A stretch of DNA of 64,000 nt from Myxococcota bacterium (GCA_041687695.1 JAWLBL010000010.1:130676-194675); one strand, 5' to 3'. Counted from the stretch's first letter, positions 11,292 to 21,482 are shown. Made by a program: numbers and translations. Notes: generated from the letters alone by a model not told the origin.

Positions 11292-12266
11292 CTAGTCGTC
11301 GTCCTCGGCGTCGAAGGGGTCGGCGTCCTTGCGGATGCGCAGGATGTTGATGAGGTAGTAGTTGTCGCTCTCGAGGTCGGGGACCCGCTCGACGTCGAGG
11401 CGGATGTTGTACTTGGTCTTGCGCAGCGCCTCGTAGAAGGGCACGGCGACCGGGCGGCCGGGCTCGCCGAGGAAGGCGGTGGAGCCGGAGCCGAGGTTGT
11501 CGTGCAGCATCCGCAGGACGGGCTCGAAGTTCGCCTCGGTGTGCAGGACGTCCGAGAAGATGAGCGCGCCCGTGTAGCCGGCGAGGTAGTCGCGGCGCCA
11601 GTCGAACTCCATGGTGATGGCGCGCGTGATGGCCGACTGCATGGTGTTGAAGCGGGCGAAGCGCAGGGCCTCGGGGTTGGGATCGGACAGGACCACGCGG
11701 GCGCCCTTGGCGGCGGCGGCGAGGCCGGCGGTGCCCAGGCCGCAGTCGAGCTCGATGGCCTCGACCCCGCGCATGCGGACGCGCTGGCCGAGGTAGATGG
11801 CCATGGCGCGCGACGAGGGCCAGAGCTCGTGCCACTGGGGCGCGAGGCGGGCGTTGGTCTCGGGCGTGGGCGCGAGGCCGTCCCGGCCGTGGAGCAGGTG
11901 CTCGTTGGACAGGGTCAGGTGGGCCGACTTGCGCGCCGCGTCCTGGACCGCCGGGCCGCCCCCCGCGCTGGCGATGGTGGGCGCCGTGATCTTGAGCGTG
12001 TGCAGGCCCGCCTCGATGTCCCAGGTGCGCAGATCGTACTTCTGCGCCAGCTCGCCGCGCGCCCGGCGCAGGTAGCTGTCGGAGACGGTGCGGCGCTTGC
12101 GTCGCGGCACCACGGGCGCGGTCACGTAGTTGCCCGGGCGCGCGACCGGGGGCTGCTCGCTGGTGCGCTCGAGCAGGCGCTCGACCTGCGGGCGCTCGGG
12201 GAGGCGCGACTCGGCGGCCTCGGCGTTGGCGGGGCTCTTCGGGACGGGCTCGGCGATGACGGACAT
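11292..12266 (-). CDS. Class I SAM-dependent methyltransferase (METTL21 / Methyltransf_16-like) with N-terminal extension
   Basis: W.ELWPSS.AMA.YL, motif I IELDCGLGTAGLAAAAKGARVVLSD, FDW, IFSDVLH, GEPGRP. Confidence 0.8.
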   Translation of the reverse strand: MSVIAEPVPKSPANAEAAESRLPERPQVERLLERTSEQPPVARPGNYVTAPVVPRRKRRTVSDSYLRRARGELAQKYDLRTWDIEAGLHTLKITAPTIASAGGGPAVQDAARKSAHLTLSNEHLLHGRDGLAPTPETNARLAPQWHELWPSSRAMAIYLGQRVRMRGVEAIELDCGLGTAGLAAAAKGARVVLSDPNPEALRFARFNTMQSAITRAITMEFDWRRDYLAGYTGALIFSDVLHTEANFEPVLRMLHDNLGSGSTAFLGEPGRPVAVPFYEALRKTKYNIRLDVERVPDLESDNYYLINILRIRKDADPFDAEDDD

Positions 12267-12313
12267 GGGACCCCCTCGTCATGGGTTCGTTCGTTTCTCG
12301 ACGACGGAGGTCA

Positions 12314-12357
12314 GTCTTAGACATTTTCTGGACAGCCGTCAAGTCAAACCATGGACA
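12314..12357. promoter_or_regulatory. Putative CarH/CarA-type operator (TnGACA direct repeats) overlapping a possible promoter
   Basis: TAGACA 12318-23 and TGGACA 12329-34 are 11 bp apart; a third TGGACA is at 12352-57; minus-strand TTGAC hexamers at 12342 and 12347. Confidence 0.4.
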
Positions 12358-12543
12358 CGGCCCGGACGGGGTGGCATCCTCGGGATCGTTCGGGAGGGGG
12401 GGACCGCGCCCTTCGTGCGAGGCGTGGCGCTCCGACCGGACGCGCGGGGTTCAGGGCTGAGCGAGGGGCGGCGCGCCGGGAGGCCGAGTTCCTTGCCCGG
12501 CACGCGAAATCGTAGACCCTGCACCGGCATCCAGCGCGCGACG

Positions 12544-13749
12544 ATGGAACGAACCATGGACATCCAGATGAGCCAGGCACGGAAGACGCAGCCGTCGCAC
12601 GCCCAGGCGGGCGCGTCGCCCGGGCCGCGCCCGGAGGATGGGATGTACCCGATGCGCGTCGTCACCCGGCTGACGGGCCTGTCGGCCGACACCATCCGCG
12701 TCTGGGAGCGCCGCTACGACGCGGTGACGCCCAAGCGCACCGAGGGCAACGCCCGCCGGTACAGCCCCGAGGACGTCCGCCGGCTGAACCTGCTGCGCGA
12801 GGCGACCGAGCGCGGCCACGCGATCAGCGAGGTCGCCCGGCTATCGGAGCCCGATCTGCGTCGCATGCTGGCCGAGACGGCGCCCGTCGACGCGCGGGGG
12901 CTGGCGGACCAGGGTGGAAACCTGGACAGCGCCGCCGCTGAAACTCTGGACAGCGCCGATCGTGAAAAGCTGGACAACGCCGGCCGTGAAAAGCTGGACA
13001 CGGTCGCCGTCGAAGGCCTGGACACAGATGGACGCGGCGGTCCGATGGGGGCAGGGCGGGATGCGGGGGAGCGGATCTCGGCGCCCGACGCCGGCCCGAG
13101 CCCGCTCGAGGACGCGGTCTACGGCCGCTTCTGCGCCGAGTACCTGGACGCCATCCGGCGCTTCGAGGTGCGGCGCGGCGCCGACATGCTGTCCGCCTGC
13201 GCGCTGCTGCTCGAGCCTCGCGCGATCCTCTTCGAGGTCGTCCAGCCGACGCTGGCCGAGGTGGCGCGCCGCTGCGGGACGGGGGCGATGAGCGTCGCCC
13301 ACGAGCACCTCGTCACGGTGCAGCTCAAGGGGCTCGTGTCGCAGATCGCGCGGCAGCTCCCGCGCCCCGCCGCCGACGCGCCGCGGGTGCTGCTGGCCAC
13401 GCCCGCCGGCCATCCGGCCGACTTCGGGGCGCTGGTGGCGTCCTTCCTGGCCGGCGCGCGCGGGTTCGACGCGATCTACCTGGGATCCGATCTGGCCGAG
13501 CGCGACCTCGACAGCGGGCTCGCCCTGAGCGAGGCGCGTCTGTTGATCCTGGACGTCTCGCGGCCGGCGCCCGCGGTCGATCCGGCGGCGCTGGCGGGCA
13601 GCCTCGCGCGGCTGGCGCGGCGGGCCGAGGTCTGGCTGACCGGGCCGGCCGGCCACCCGGTCGTGCGGGCCGCCCGGGCCGTCGCGGGGGTCTCGGTGTT
13701 CGAGGGCCCCGCCGCGCTGGACGAGGCTCTGGCGCGCGCCGCGCGGTAG
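12544..13749 (+). CDS. MerR-family regulator with B12-binding-like C-terminal domains (CarH/LitR-like)
   Basis: YPMRVVTRLTGLSADTIRVWERRY..VTPKRTEGNARRYS (CarA/CarH-type wHTH); helical bundle ...VAHEHLVT; Rossmann domain VLLATPAG...YLGSDL. Start could be 12544, 12556 or 12568. Confidence 0.85.
   Translation: MERTMDIQMSQARKTQPSHAQAGASPGPRPEDGMYPMRVVTRLTGLSADTIRVWERRYDAVTPKRTEGNARRYSPEDVRRLNLLREATERGHAISEVARLSEPDLRRMLAETAPVDARGLADQGGNLDSAAAETLDSADREKLDNAGREKLDTVAVEGLDTDGRGGPMGAGRDAGERISAPDAGPSPLEDAVYGRFCAEYLDAIRRFEVRRGADMLSACALLLEPRAILFEVVQPTLAEVARRCGTGAMSVAHEHLVTVQLKGLVSQIARQLPRPAADAPRVLLATPAGHPADFGALVASFLAGARGFDAIYLGSDLAERDLDSGLALSEARLLILDVSRPAPAVDPAALAGSLARLARRAEVWLTGPAGHPVVRAARAVAGVSVFEGPAALDEALARAAR
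12922..13026 (+). repeat. Intragenic 24-nt tandem repeat (4 full + 1 partial)
   Basis: Units begin CTGGACA at 12922, 12946, 12970, 12994 and 13018; they encode LDSAAAET/LDSADREK/LDNAGREK/LDTVAVEG. Confidence 0.85.
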
Positions 13750-13763
13750 CTGCGGGCCGGCTG

Positions 13764-14270
13764 GAAGCCGGCGATCCCAGCGGGGGGCCGAGTTGGTCGC
13801 TGGTCGGCCGGCTCGAAGAGGGTGTCGTATTGATGCCGGCTGAGGCGGCCATGGAGTGCTCCGGCTTGCCGGAGCCCCGGCCCCGGCGGCTTGCCGCCGG
13901 GATCTGGCCGCCAAACCCGGCGCAGCAAGCTGCGCCGATGGGGGCTCCACCAAGGTGGAGCACTCCGGTTCGGCTTTTGCGACACCCTCTCGAAGCCGGC
14001 GATCCCGGCAGGGGGCCGAGTCGGTCGCCAATGGGCCGGCTGGGAGAGGCTGTCGCATGAGGGCACTGACCGCGGGCCGCAGGCCCGCTTTCGGAGTGCT
14101 CGGCCCATGGCCGAGCTTTGCGCCGGCTCGGCCGGCGCGGCGGGTGCTAGCGTCTCCTCCCCGCTTCGAACTCACGCGCTGGAGCCCCTGCGCGAGCTCA
14201 CTACGACACCCTGTAGAAGCCGGCGAGCGCGGCAGGGGGCCGGGGCGGTCGCCAGTGGGCCGGCTGGGAG
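13764..14270. repeat. Three direct copies of a ~65-80 bp imperfect palindrome (REP/BIME-like), period ~225 bp
   Basis: Core GAAGCCGGCGA...GGGGGCCG...GGTCGC...GGCCGGCT starts at 13764, 13992 and 14216; the middle copy (13978-14057) is closed by TGCGACACCCTCT...AGAGGCTGTCGCA. Confidence 0.8.
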
Positions 14271-14310
14271 CCAGCGGTGCCGGGGGCGGACGCTTCGCGG
14301 CGACGCTGCT

Positions 14311-15951
14311 TCAGGAGGTGGTCGGGTCGTGGCCGGACTCGTGGGCGGCCAGCAGGGCGCGGAGGGTGTCCAGGGTGTCGGCCTCGGCGGCGGGCTTGTC
14401 GCGGCGCCAGCGCAGGATGCGCGGGAAGCGGAGCGCGAGGCCCGACTTGTGGCGGGGCGAGCGCTGAAGGCCCTCGAAGGCCAGCTCGAAGACCTGCTCG
14501 GGGGCGACCACGCGGACCGGGCCGTGGCGCTCGCGGGTGTGGCGGCGCAGCCACGGGTCCAGCGCACGGATCTCGTCGTCGGTCAGGCCCGAGTAGGCCT
14601 TGGCGATGGGGACCAGGGCGCCCTCGTGCCAGACCGCGAAGCCATAATCGGTCAGCAGGCTGGCGCGTCGGCCCGAGCCGGGCTGGGCCGTGACCAGCAC
14701 CGCGTCGATCGAGTACGGATCGACCTTCCACTTCCACCACACGCCGCGGCGGCGGCCGGCCAGGTAGCGCGCGTCCAGGCGCTTGAGCATCAGGCCCTCG
14801 ACCCCGCGGGCGCGCGCCTCGTCGCGCTGGCGTGCCAGATCGGGCCAATCGGCGGCGGTGACTACGGGCGACAGGCGCAGCCGCGGGTTGGCCCCGGCCA
14901 ACAGGCCCTCGAGGCGGGCGCGCCGCTCGCTCAGCGGGCGCTCGCGCAGATCCTGGCCGTCCTGCTCGAGCAGATCGTAGGCGACCAGGGCGGCCGGCGC
15001 CTCGGCGAGCACCTTGCGCGTCAGCGTCTTGCGGCCGATGCGGCGCTGCAGGCGCGCGAAGGGCAGGGGGGCGTCGCCCTGCCAGGCCAGGATCTCGCCG
15101 TCGAGCACCGTGCCGTCGGGCAGCGTGGCCGCGGCCTCGACGATCTCGGGGAATCGCTCGGTCACCAGCTCCTCGCCCCGCGACCACACGAAGGTCTCGC
15201 CCGCGCGGCGGATGAGCTGCGCCCGGATGCCGTCCCACTTCCACTCGGCCAGGAAGTCGGCGACAGGACCGAGCGCCTCGGGCGGGCCATCGAGCGGGGC
15301 CGCGAGCAGGAACGGGTAGGGTTGCGACCGGTGGGCCCCGGGCGCTTCGGCGGCCAGGACGCCCTCGAGCCAGGCGGCGGTCGGCTCGCCCGGCCCCATC
15401 AGGCGGTGGGAGACGACCGCGGGCGGCAGGTCGGCCAGCTCGGCCAGGGCCCGGACCACCAGGGTCCGTGAGACGCCGACCCGCAGCTCGCCCGTCAGCA
15501 GCTTGTTCAGGATGAAGCGCGCGTCGGTGTCGAGCCCCGCCCACCAGCCCTCGACGGCGGCGCGCTGCTGGTCGGGCGGCAGCGCGGCGAGGGGGAGCAG
15601 GCGCTCGTCCATCCAGCGGGACAGCGGCAGGTCGTCGTCGAGGCGCGGGTCCGACGGGCCGCCGGGCGGGTGGACCAGATCCAGCAGCAAGGCGGTCGCC
15701 TCGGCCTGGTCGCCCACCGGGTGGTACGCCTCGGCGGCGAGCCAGGCCGGAAGAGCCGCGCTCTCGGCGGCCCACGACAGCAGCTGGCCACCCGGCAGCA
15801 AGCGCTTGATGCGCCAGCCGCTGAGGAAGAGCAGGCCCCAGGCCGCGTCCTCGCGGGGCGTCGCCTCGAAGTAGGCGCGCAGGGCGGCGACCTTGCGGCT
15901 GGTCGAGGTGGTGCGATCGAGCGCGCGGTACAGGGCCAGAAAGCGCTTCAC
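14311..15951 (-). CDS. ATP-dependent DNA ligase (TIGR04120-like)
   Basis: GTG start VKRFLALY; NKLLTGELRVGVS, PYPFLLA, EWKWDGIRAQ (motif I), LDGEI, YDLL, EGLMLK, WWKWK, IAKAYSGL, RFPRILRWRRDK. Confidence 0.95.
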   Translation of the reverse strand: MKRFLALYRALDRTTSTSRKVAALRAYFEATPREDAAWGLLFLSGWRIKRLLPGGQLLSWAAESAALPAWLAAEAYHPVGDQAEATALLLDLVHPPGGPSDPRLDDDLPLSRWMDERLLPLAALPPDQQRAAVEGWWAGLDTDARFILNKLLTGELRVGVSRTLVVRALAELADLPPAVVSHRLMGPGEPTAAWLEGVLAAEAPGAHRSQPYPFLLAAPLDGPPEALGPVADFLAEWKWDGIRAQLIRRAGETFVWSRGEELVTERFPEIVEAAATLPDGTVLDGEILAWQGDAPLPFARLQRRIGRKTLTRKVLAEAPAALVAYDLLEQDGQDLRERPLSERRARLEGLLAGANPRLRLSPVVTAADWPDLARQRDEARARGVEGLMLKRLDARYLAGRRRGVWWKWKVDPYSIDAVLVTAQPGSGRRASLLTDYGFAVWHEGALVPIAKAYSGLTDDEIRALDPWLRRHTRERHGPVRVVAPEQVFELAFEGLQRSPRHKSGLALRFPRILRWRRDKPAAEADTLDTLRALLAAHESGHDPTTS

Positions 15952-16946
15952 AGCGCGCCTCCGATGGCCCAGGCGTCGGCGGTCAGGCCCTGCTCGTTCA
16001 GGTAGCGCGCGAGGACGTCGGCGTGGCCGTGCATGGCGACGACGCGGCGGGCGCCGGTGTCGGCGATGGTGCGCAGCAGATCGGGCCAGTCGGCGTGGTC
16101 GGACAGGACGAAGCCGCGATCGAAGCCGCGGCGCCGGCGCACGCCCCGGATGCGCATCATCCCCGAGGCGAAGCCGTGGTCGGCGTCCTTGAAGCGGCGC
16201 GTCCAGGGCGAGCGCCAGGCGAGCGGCGGCGCCAGGATGAGCTCGCCGGCCCAGCGGCGGCGGTCGCGGGCGCCCTCGCCGGTCGGGATGGTCTCGGGCA
16301 GGTGGACGCCGGCCTGGCGGTACAGCTCGGTCGGGGCGACGTGGGCGCCGTGCAGCCAGACGCGGCGCTCGGTGCGGCGCGCCAGCTCGGCCAGCAGGCG
16401 CTGGGCCTTGCCGACCGAGTAGCAGTACAGGACCGAGGGGCGGCCTTCGGCGCGGCCGGCGTCCCACCAGGCCAGGATCTCTTCCATGACCAGGTCGGGG
16501 TCCGGCCAGCGGAAGATGGGCAGGGCGAAGGTGGACTCGGTGACGAAGACGTCGCAGGGGACGACCTCGAAGGGGGCGCAGGTGGGATCGGGGGCGCGCT
16601 TGTAGTCGCCGGCGACCACCCAGACCGGCGCGTCGGGGGCCTCGAGGCGCACCTGGGCGGCGCCGAGCACGTGGCCCGAGGGGTGGAAGGAGAGGGTGAC
16701 GTCGCCGAGCTGGAAGGGCTGGCCGAAGGGGACGGGCTGGAGGTCGGCGTCGGGGCCCAGGCGGTGGCGGATGAGCGGCTCGGATGGCGCAGGCACGAAG
16801 TAGCGGCCCGAGCCGGGGCGGGCGTGGTCGGCGTGGGCGTGGGTGACGACGGCGACCGAGACCGGCTGCGACGGGTCGATGTGGAAGCCGCCGCGCGGGC
16901 AGTGCAGGCCGTGAGGCGTCGGGGCGAGGAGGTCGCCGGGGCTCAT
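15948..16946 (-). CDS. Ligase-associated DNA damage response exonuclease (MBL / beta-CASP fold)
   Basis: GLHCPRGGFHIDP, VTHAHADHARPG, SGHVLGAAQV, GDYKR..DPTC, ESTFALP, YSVGKAQR, ASGMM, LSDHADW, MHG; stop overlaps the ligase start. Confidence 0.93.
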   Translation of the reverse strand: MSPGDLLAPTPHGLHCPRGGFHIDPSQPVSVAVVTHAHADHARPGSGRYFVPAPSEPLIRHRLGPDADLQPVPFGQPFQLGDVTLSFHPSGHVLGAAQVRLEAPDAPVWVVAGDYKRAPDPTCAPFEVVPCDVFVTESTFALPIFRWPDPDLVMEEILAWWDAGRAEGRPSVLYCYSVGKAQRLLAELARRTERRVWLHGAHVAPTELYRQAGVHLPETIPTGEGARDRRRWAGELILAPPLAWRSPWTRRFKDADHGFASGMMRIRGVRRRRGFDRGFVLSDHADWPDLLRTIADTGARRVVAMHGHADVLARYLNEQGLTADAWAIGGAL

Positions 16947-16949
16947 GGA

Positions 16950-17435
16950 CTAGAGCGAGGGCAGGGTGGGGCGCGGGATGGGGACCTGGCCGGCGCCGGA
17001 GACCGGGACGTTCACGACGCCGAGCGGCGTGGAGAAGCCGAAGCGGGTCTGGATGCGGTAGTCGGCGCGGTCGCGGCCGATGAGGGCGGGGACGATGCGG
17101 ATGATGTCGGTGTAGCGGAGGGTGACCGGCAGGATCATGGTGGAGTCGCCGCGGGGCTCGAGGCGGACGCCGGCGTCGGAGGCGCCGGTGGCGAGCTGGT
17201 GGCCCTGGAGATCGAGGGTGTAGCTGAAGGTCTCGAGGACGACCTGCACCGGGTTGGGGTTGTCGATGGCGAAGGCGAAGTCGAGGTCGACCTGGGTGAG
17301 GTCGATGTTTCGGACCGCGACGTTCTGGAAGCTGACGTCGGGGGTGAAGCGCTCGAGGACGCCGCCGGGGCCGCAGCCTAGCGGGGAGAGGGCGAGCAGG
17401 GCGAGCGCGAGCGGGGCGAGGACGCGGCGGAGCAT
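16950..17435 (-). CDS. LEA type 2 (WHy-domain) lipoprotein
   Basis: Lipoprotein signal ending PLG-C; FAIDNPNPVQV motif and beta-rich LEA_2 pattern. Confidence 0.85.
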   Translation of the reverse strand: MLRRVLAPLALALLALSPLGCGPGGVLERFTPDVSFQNVAVRNIDLTQVDLDFAFAIDNPNPVQVVLETFSYTLDLQGHQLATGASDAGVRLEPRGDSTMILPVTLRYTDIIRIVPALIGRDRADYRIQTRFGFSTPLGVVNVPVSGAGQVPIPRPTLPSL

Positions 17436-17539
17436 GGACGCCTCTCGGGGGCAGCGGGGATGGCGTCATGGTCGCGCCGGGTGAGGGGCCGGACAAGCCC
17501 GCGGGCGCGGGGGGGCCTCGCCGGAGGCGGCCGTTTCGC

Positions 17540-18343
17540 TCAGCTGGAGGCGCTTGTGTAGTAGCGCAGGGCGAAGCGCCAGAAGGCCCGGGCGGCGAGC
17601 AGCATGGCCAGCGACAGGGCGACGGCCCCGAGCAGCCAGGGGGTGGCGCCGCGGCCGAGGAACCACTCGGCGGGGGTGGTCGTGAGGAAGGCGACCGGGA
17701 CGACGAAGGTGAAGAAGAAGCGCCAGGCGGCGGGGTAGGCGGCCATGGGGAAGCGGCCGGCCTCGAGCAGGCCGCGCAGGACCTCGGTGACGTTGTAGAC
17801 CTTGACGAACCAGATGGAGGTCGCGCCGAGGATGAACCACAGGCCGTAGAGGGTGGCGACGGCGCAGACGAAGGCGGGCAGGGCCAGCAGCCAGGCGGTC
17901 CAGGGGAGCTCGAGGCGCCAGGCGGCCCAGGCGACGACGGCGAGGCCGAAGCCGAGGTCGGGCAGGCCCCAGGGGGAGACGGTGCGGGTCGAGAGCCAGA
18001 ACTGGCTGTCGATGGGCTTGAGGAGGACGAAGTCGAGGGTGCCGGTCTCGACGTGGCGGACGATGCGGCCCAGGTTGGGGCGGAGGAAGGCGGCGGCGAA
18101 GCCCTGCAGGAGCGTGGACAGGCCCATGACGACCAGGGCCTCCTCCCAGCGCCAGCCGTCGAAGGTGTAGCCGCCCTGGTAGAAGAGCGAGAGGGCGAAG
18201 ACGCTCAGGGCCAGGTTGCCGAGGCTGGAGGCGGCGGCGAGGGCGAAGTTGGTGCGGTACTCCAGCTCGGCGGCGAGCGAGGTCGACCAGAACAGGCGCA
18301 GGACGCGCAGGTAGCGGGGGCGGGTGGCGGCGGGCGTCGTCAT
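17540..18343 (-). CDS. ABC-2 family permease (DUF990 / ABC2_membrane_6)
   Basis: LEYRTNF, GTLDFVLLKPIDSQ, GRFPMAAYP..WRFFFTFVVPVAF, ending YTSASS; multiple TM helices. Confidence 0.9.
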   Translation of the reverse strand: MTTPAATRPRYLRVLRLFWSTSLAAELEYRTNFALAAASSLGNLALSVFALSLFYQGGYTFDGWRWEEALVVMGLSTLLQGFAAAFLRPNLGRIVRHVETGTLDFVLLKPIDSQFWLSTRTVSPWGLPDLGFGLAVVAWAAWRLELPWTAWLLALPAFVCAVATLYGLWFILGATSIWFVKVYNVTEVLRGLLEAGRFPMAAYPAAWRFFFTFVVPVAFLTTTPAEWFLGRGATPWLLGAVALSLAMLLAARAFWRFALRYYTSASS

Positions 18344-19142
18344 GCGCCCATCGCGGAGAAGTGGCGCAGGCCGCGGCGCCAAAGGAAGCGGTTGAGGGCG
18401 AGGAGGACGAGGCACCAGGCGCCGAGGACGGCGGCGGCGGTGGCGAGGGAGCCGCTGACGGGCGGGCGGCCGAGCAGGAGGTTGGCCGGGACGTCGAGCA
18501 GGTAGGGGAAGGGCGTCCAGAGGGCGACCTCGCGGACGGCCGGGGGGTAGACCTCGAGCGGGGCGAGCAGGCCCGAGAGCAGGAAGTAGGCGAGGAAGCC
18601 GAAGTCCCACAGGGCGCTGGCGCGCTCGGTCCAGAAGGCCAGCATCGAGAGGGTGTACTGGAGCAGGAAGAAGGTGGCGAAGGAGACGTGGACGGCGACG
18701 AGGAAGAGGGCGAGGTCGGAGAGCGACGGGGTGAAGCGCGCCTGGGGGTACAGCCACAGGAAGAGGGCGACCAGGGCGGCGGCGAAGGGCAGGCGGGCGA
18801 GGCGCTCGCCGAGGTGGGCGGCGACGTGGCGCCAGACGGGGTCGATGGGCTGCATGAGGCGGGAGGCGAGCTTGCCCTCGACGACCTCGACCTCGAAGTC
18901 CCAGATGACCCAGACGACGGTGAGCTGGCGGACGATGAAGACCGCCATGAAGTAGCGGGCGAAGTCGGCGGGTCCGAGGGCGAAGTCGCCGCCGCGGGCG
19001 GCCTCGACCCAGGCGCCCATCATGATGAAGGGCAGGGTGTGGGCCAGGGCCCAGAAGAAGATCTCGGCCCGGTACTCGAGCATGTGGGCGTAGTAGACGC
19101 CGAGGAGCGCGCGGGCCTTGCGGGTCAGGCGGGCGAGCGGGC

Positions 19143-19146
<4 letters not shown>
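18340..19146 (-). CDS. ABC-2 family permease
   Basis: GTG start; LEYRAE, EGKLASRLMQPIDP, LSGLLAPLEVYP, TPFPY; multiple TM helices; overlaps both neighbours. Confidence 0.9.
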
Positions 19147-20123
<977 letters not shown>

Positions 20124-20140
20124 CGGGGGCGGCGGGGCGC

Positions 20141-20824
20141 TCAGGGCGGGGTCAGGCGGCGGCGGACGATGTGCGCGAGGATGCGCGCGCCGTCGCGGAA
20201 GCTGTGGAGGCCGCTCTGGCCGTGGGCGCGGGCGCGGCGGGTCACGGGGACCTCGACCACGCGGCCGCCGGCGCGCAGGACGCCGAGCAGGAGGTCGACC
20301 TCTATGTTGTAGCGCTCGGCGGTCAGGTGGACGCGCTCGACGGCGCTGCGGCGGACCACGCGGAAGCCGGCCTGGGTGTCGGTCAGGCGGGCGCGGAACA
20401 GGACGTTCGCGGCCTGGGTCAGCAGGACGTTGCCGACGCGGTTGAGCGGGGTGATGGCGCCGTGGTGGAAGGTGCCCATGAAGCGCGAGCCGACGACCAT
20501 GTCGACGTCGGGGGCCAGGGCGTCGAGCAGGCGCGGGATGTCCTCGGGGTCGTCCTGGCCGTCGGCGTCGAGGAAGAGGAAGACGTCGCCCTTGGCGTGG
20601 GTGAGCCCGTGGCGGATGGCGACGCCCTTGCCGCGGTTGATGGGCAGGCGGAGGACCGTGGCGCCGGCGGCCTCGGCCAGGGCGGCGGTGTCGTCGCGGG
20701 AGCCGTCGTCGACGACCAGGATCTCGCGCAGGCCGGGGGTGCTGGCGCGGCAGCGCGCGATGACGTCGGCGATGGTGGGGGCCTCGTCCTTGGCGGCGAG
20801 GATGATGGAGACGTCGTGGGCCAA
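20141..20824 (-). CDS. Glycosyltransferase family 2 (DPM1-like)
   Basis: VVDDGSRDDT, NRGKG.AI, FLDADGQ, VVGSRF, LTDTQAGFR; TTG start. Confidence 0.9.
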   Translation of the reverse strand: MAHDVSIILAAKDEAPTIADVIARCRASTPGLREILVVDDGSRDDTAALAEAAGATVLRLPINRGKGVAIRHGLTHAKGDVFLFLDADGQDDPEDIPRLLDALAPDVDMVVGSRFMGTFHHGAITPLNRVGNVLLTQAANVLFRARLTDTQAGFRVVRRSAVERVHLTAERYNIEVDLLLGVLRAGGRVVEVPVTRRARAHGQSGLHSFRDGARILAHIVRRRLTPP

Positions 20825-20921
20825 GGGGCGGGCGCTCCGGAGCGGGTCGGGGGGCCGGTCGGTGGCGCCGTACTATGGGGGCTCGGTCGGGCGCGGGCAA
20901 GCGCGCGCTCGCCCGTGGCGG

Positions 20922-21482
20922 TCAGCAGCCGTCGGCGGGGTCGTAGACCTGGATCCAGGGCTCGCCGACGGGGAGCAGCCGGCGGCCGTCGAAGGTGAAG
21001 GACTCCTCGACGAAGGCGACGGGGCGCTCGGAGGCGTCGTCGTCCTGGGCGGGCGTGGTGCGGTAGACCGTGATCTCGCCGTCGACCAGATCGAAGCCGT
21101 CGACCCGGCCGTCGGCGGGCAGGGCGACGGAGGCGCGCAGGGCCAGGGGCGCCGTAGGGGAGGGGGCGGCGAAGACCTGCAGGCGCGTGGCCTCGGCGCA
21201 GGGGGCGTCGTGCGTGGAGGGGCAGAGGCGCTCGCGCGTGAGGGCGACCAGCTCGGGGCGGCCGTCGCCGTCGAGGTCGGCGCGGCGGGCGTCGTCGAGG
21301 TGGAGGGTGAGGACGCCGTCGGGCAGCGCGCGTGTCGCCAGGGCCTCGCCCGGCAGGCGGAGGGTGAGGGTGGCCTCGGCGAGGGTGGCGGGGACGTGGA
21401 CGGCCGTCGGCGCCGGGGCCGCGGCGGCGTGGTGGGTCGGGGCGAGGAGGGCGAGGGCGAGGAGGGCGGCGAAGCGGTGCAT
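20922..21482 (-). CDS. Hypothetical secreted protein
   Basis: Signal peptide MHRFAALLALALLA...; one ADLDGDGRPELV (FG-GAP/VCBS-like) motif. Confidence 0.65.
   Translation of the reverse strand: MHRFAALLALALLAPTHHAAAAPAPTAVHVPATLAEATLTLRLPGEALATRALPDGVLTLHLDDARRADLDGDGRPELVALTRERLCPSTHDAPCAEATRLQVFAAPSPTAPLALRASVALPADGRVDGFDLVDGEITVYRTTPAQDDDASERPVAFVEESFTFDGRRLLPVGEPWIQVYDPADGC

Noticed and set aside
13764..14270. CRISPR array or integron attC array
   Set aside because: Repeats of ~75 bp are divergent, spacers are ~150 bp, there are no GTTRRRY/RYYYAAC cores, and no cas or intI gene is in the window.
15952..17496. 1061-aa ligase fusion suggested by the ORF track
   Set aside because: The upstream part is an off-frame read of the exonuclease and LEA genes; the ligase starts at GTG 15951.
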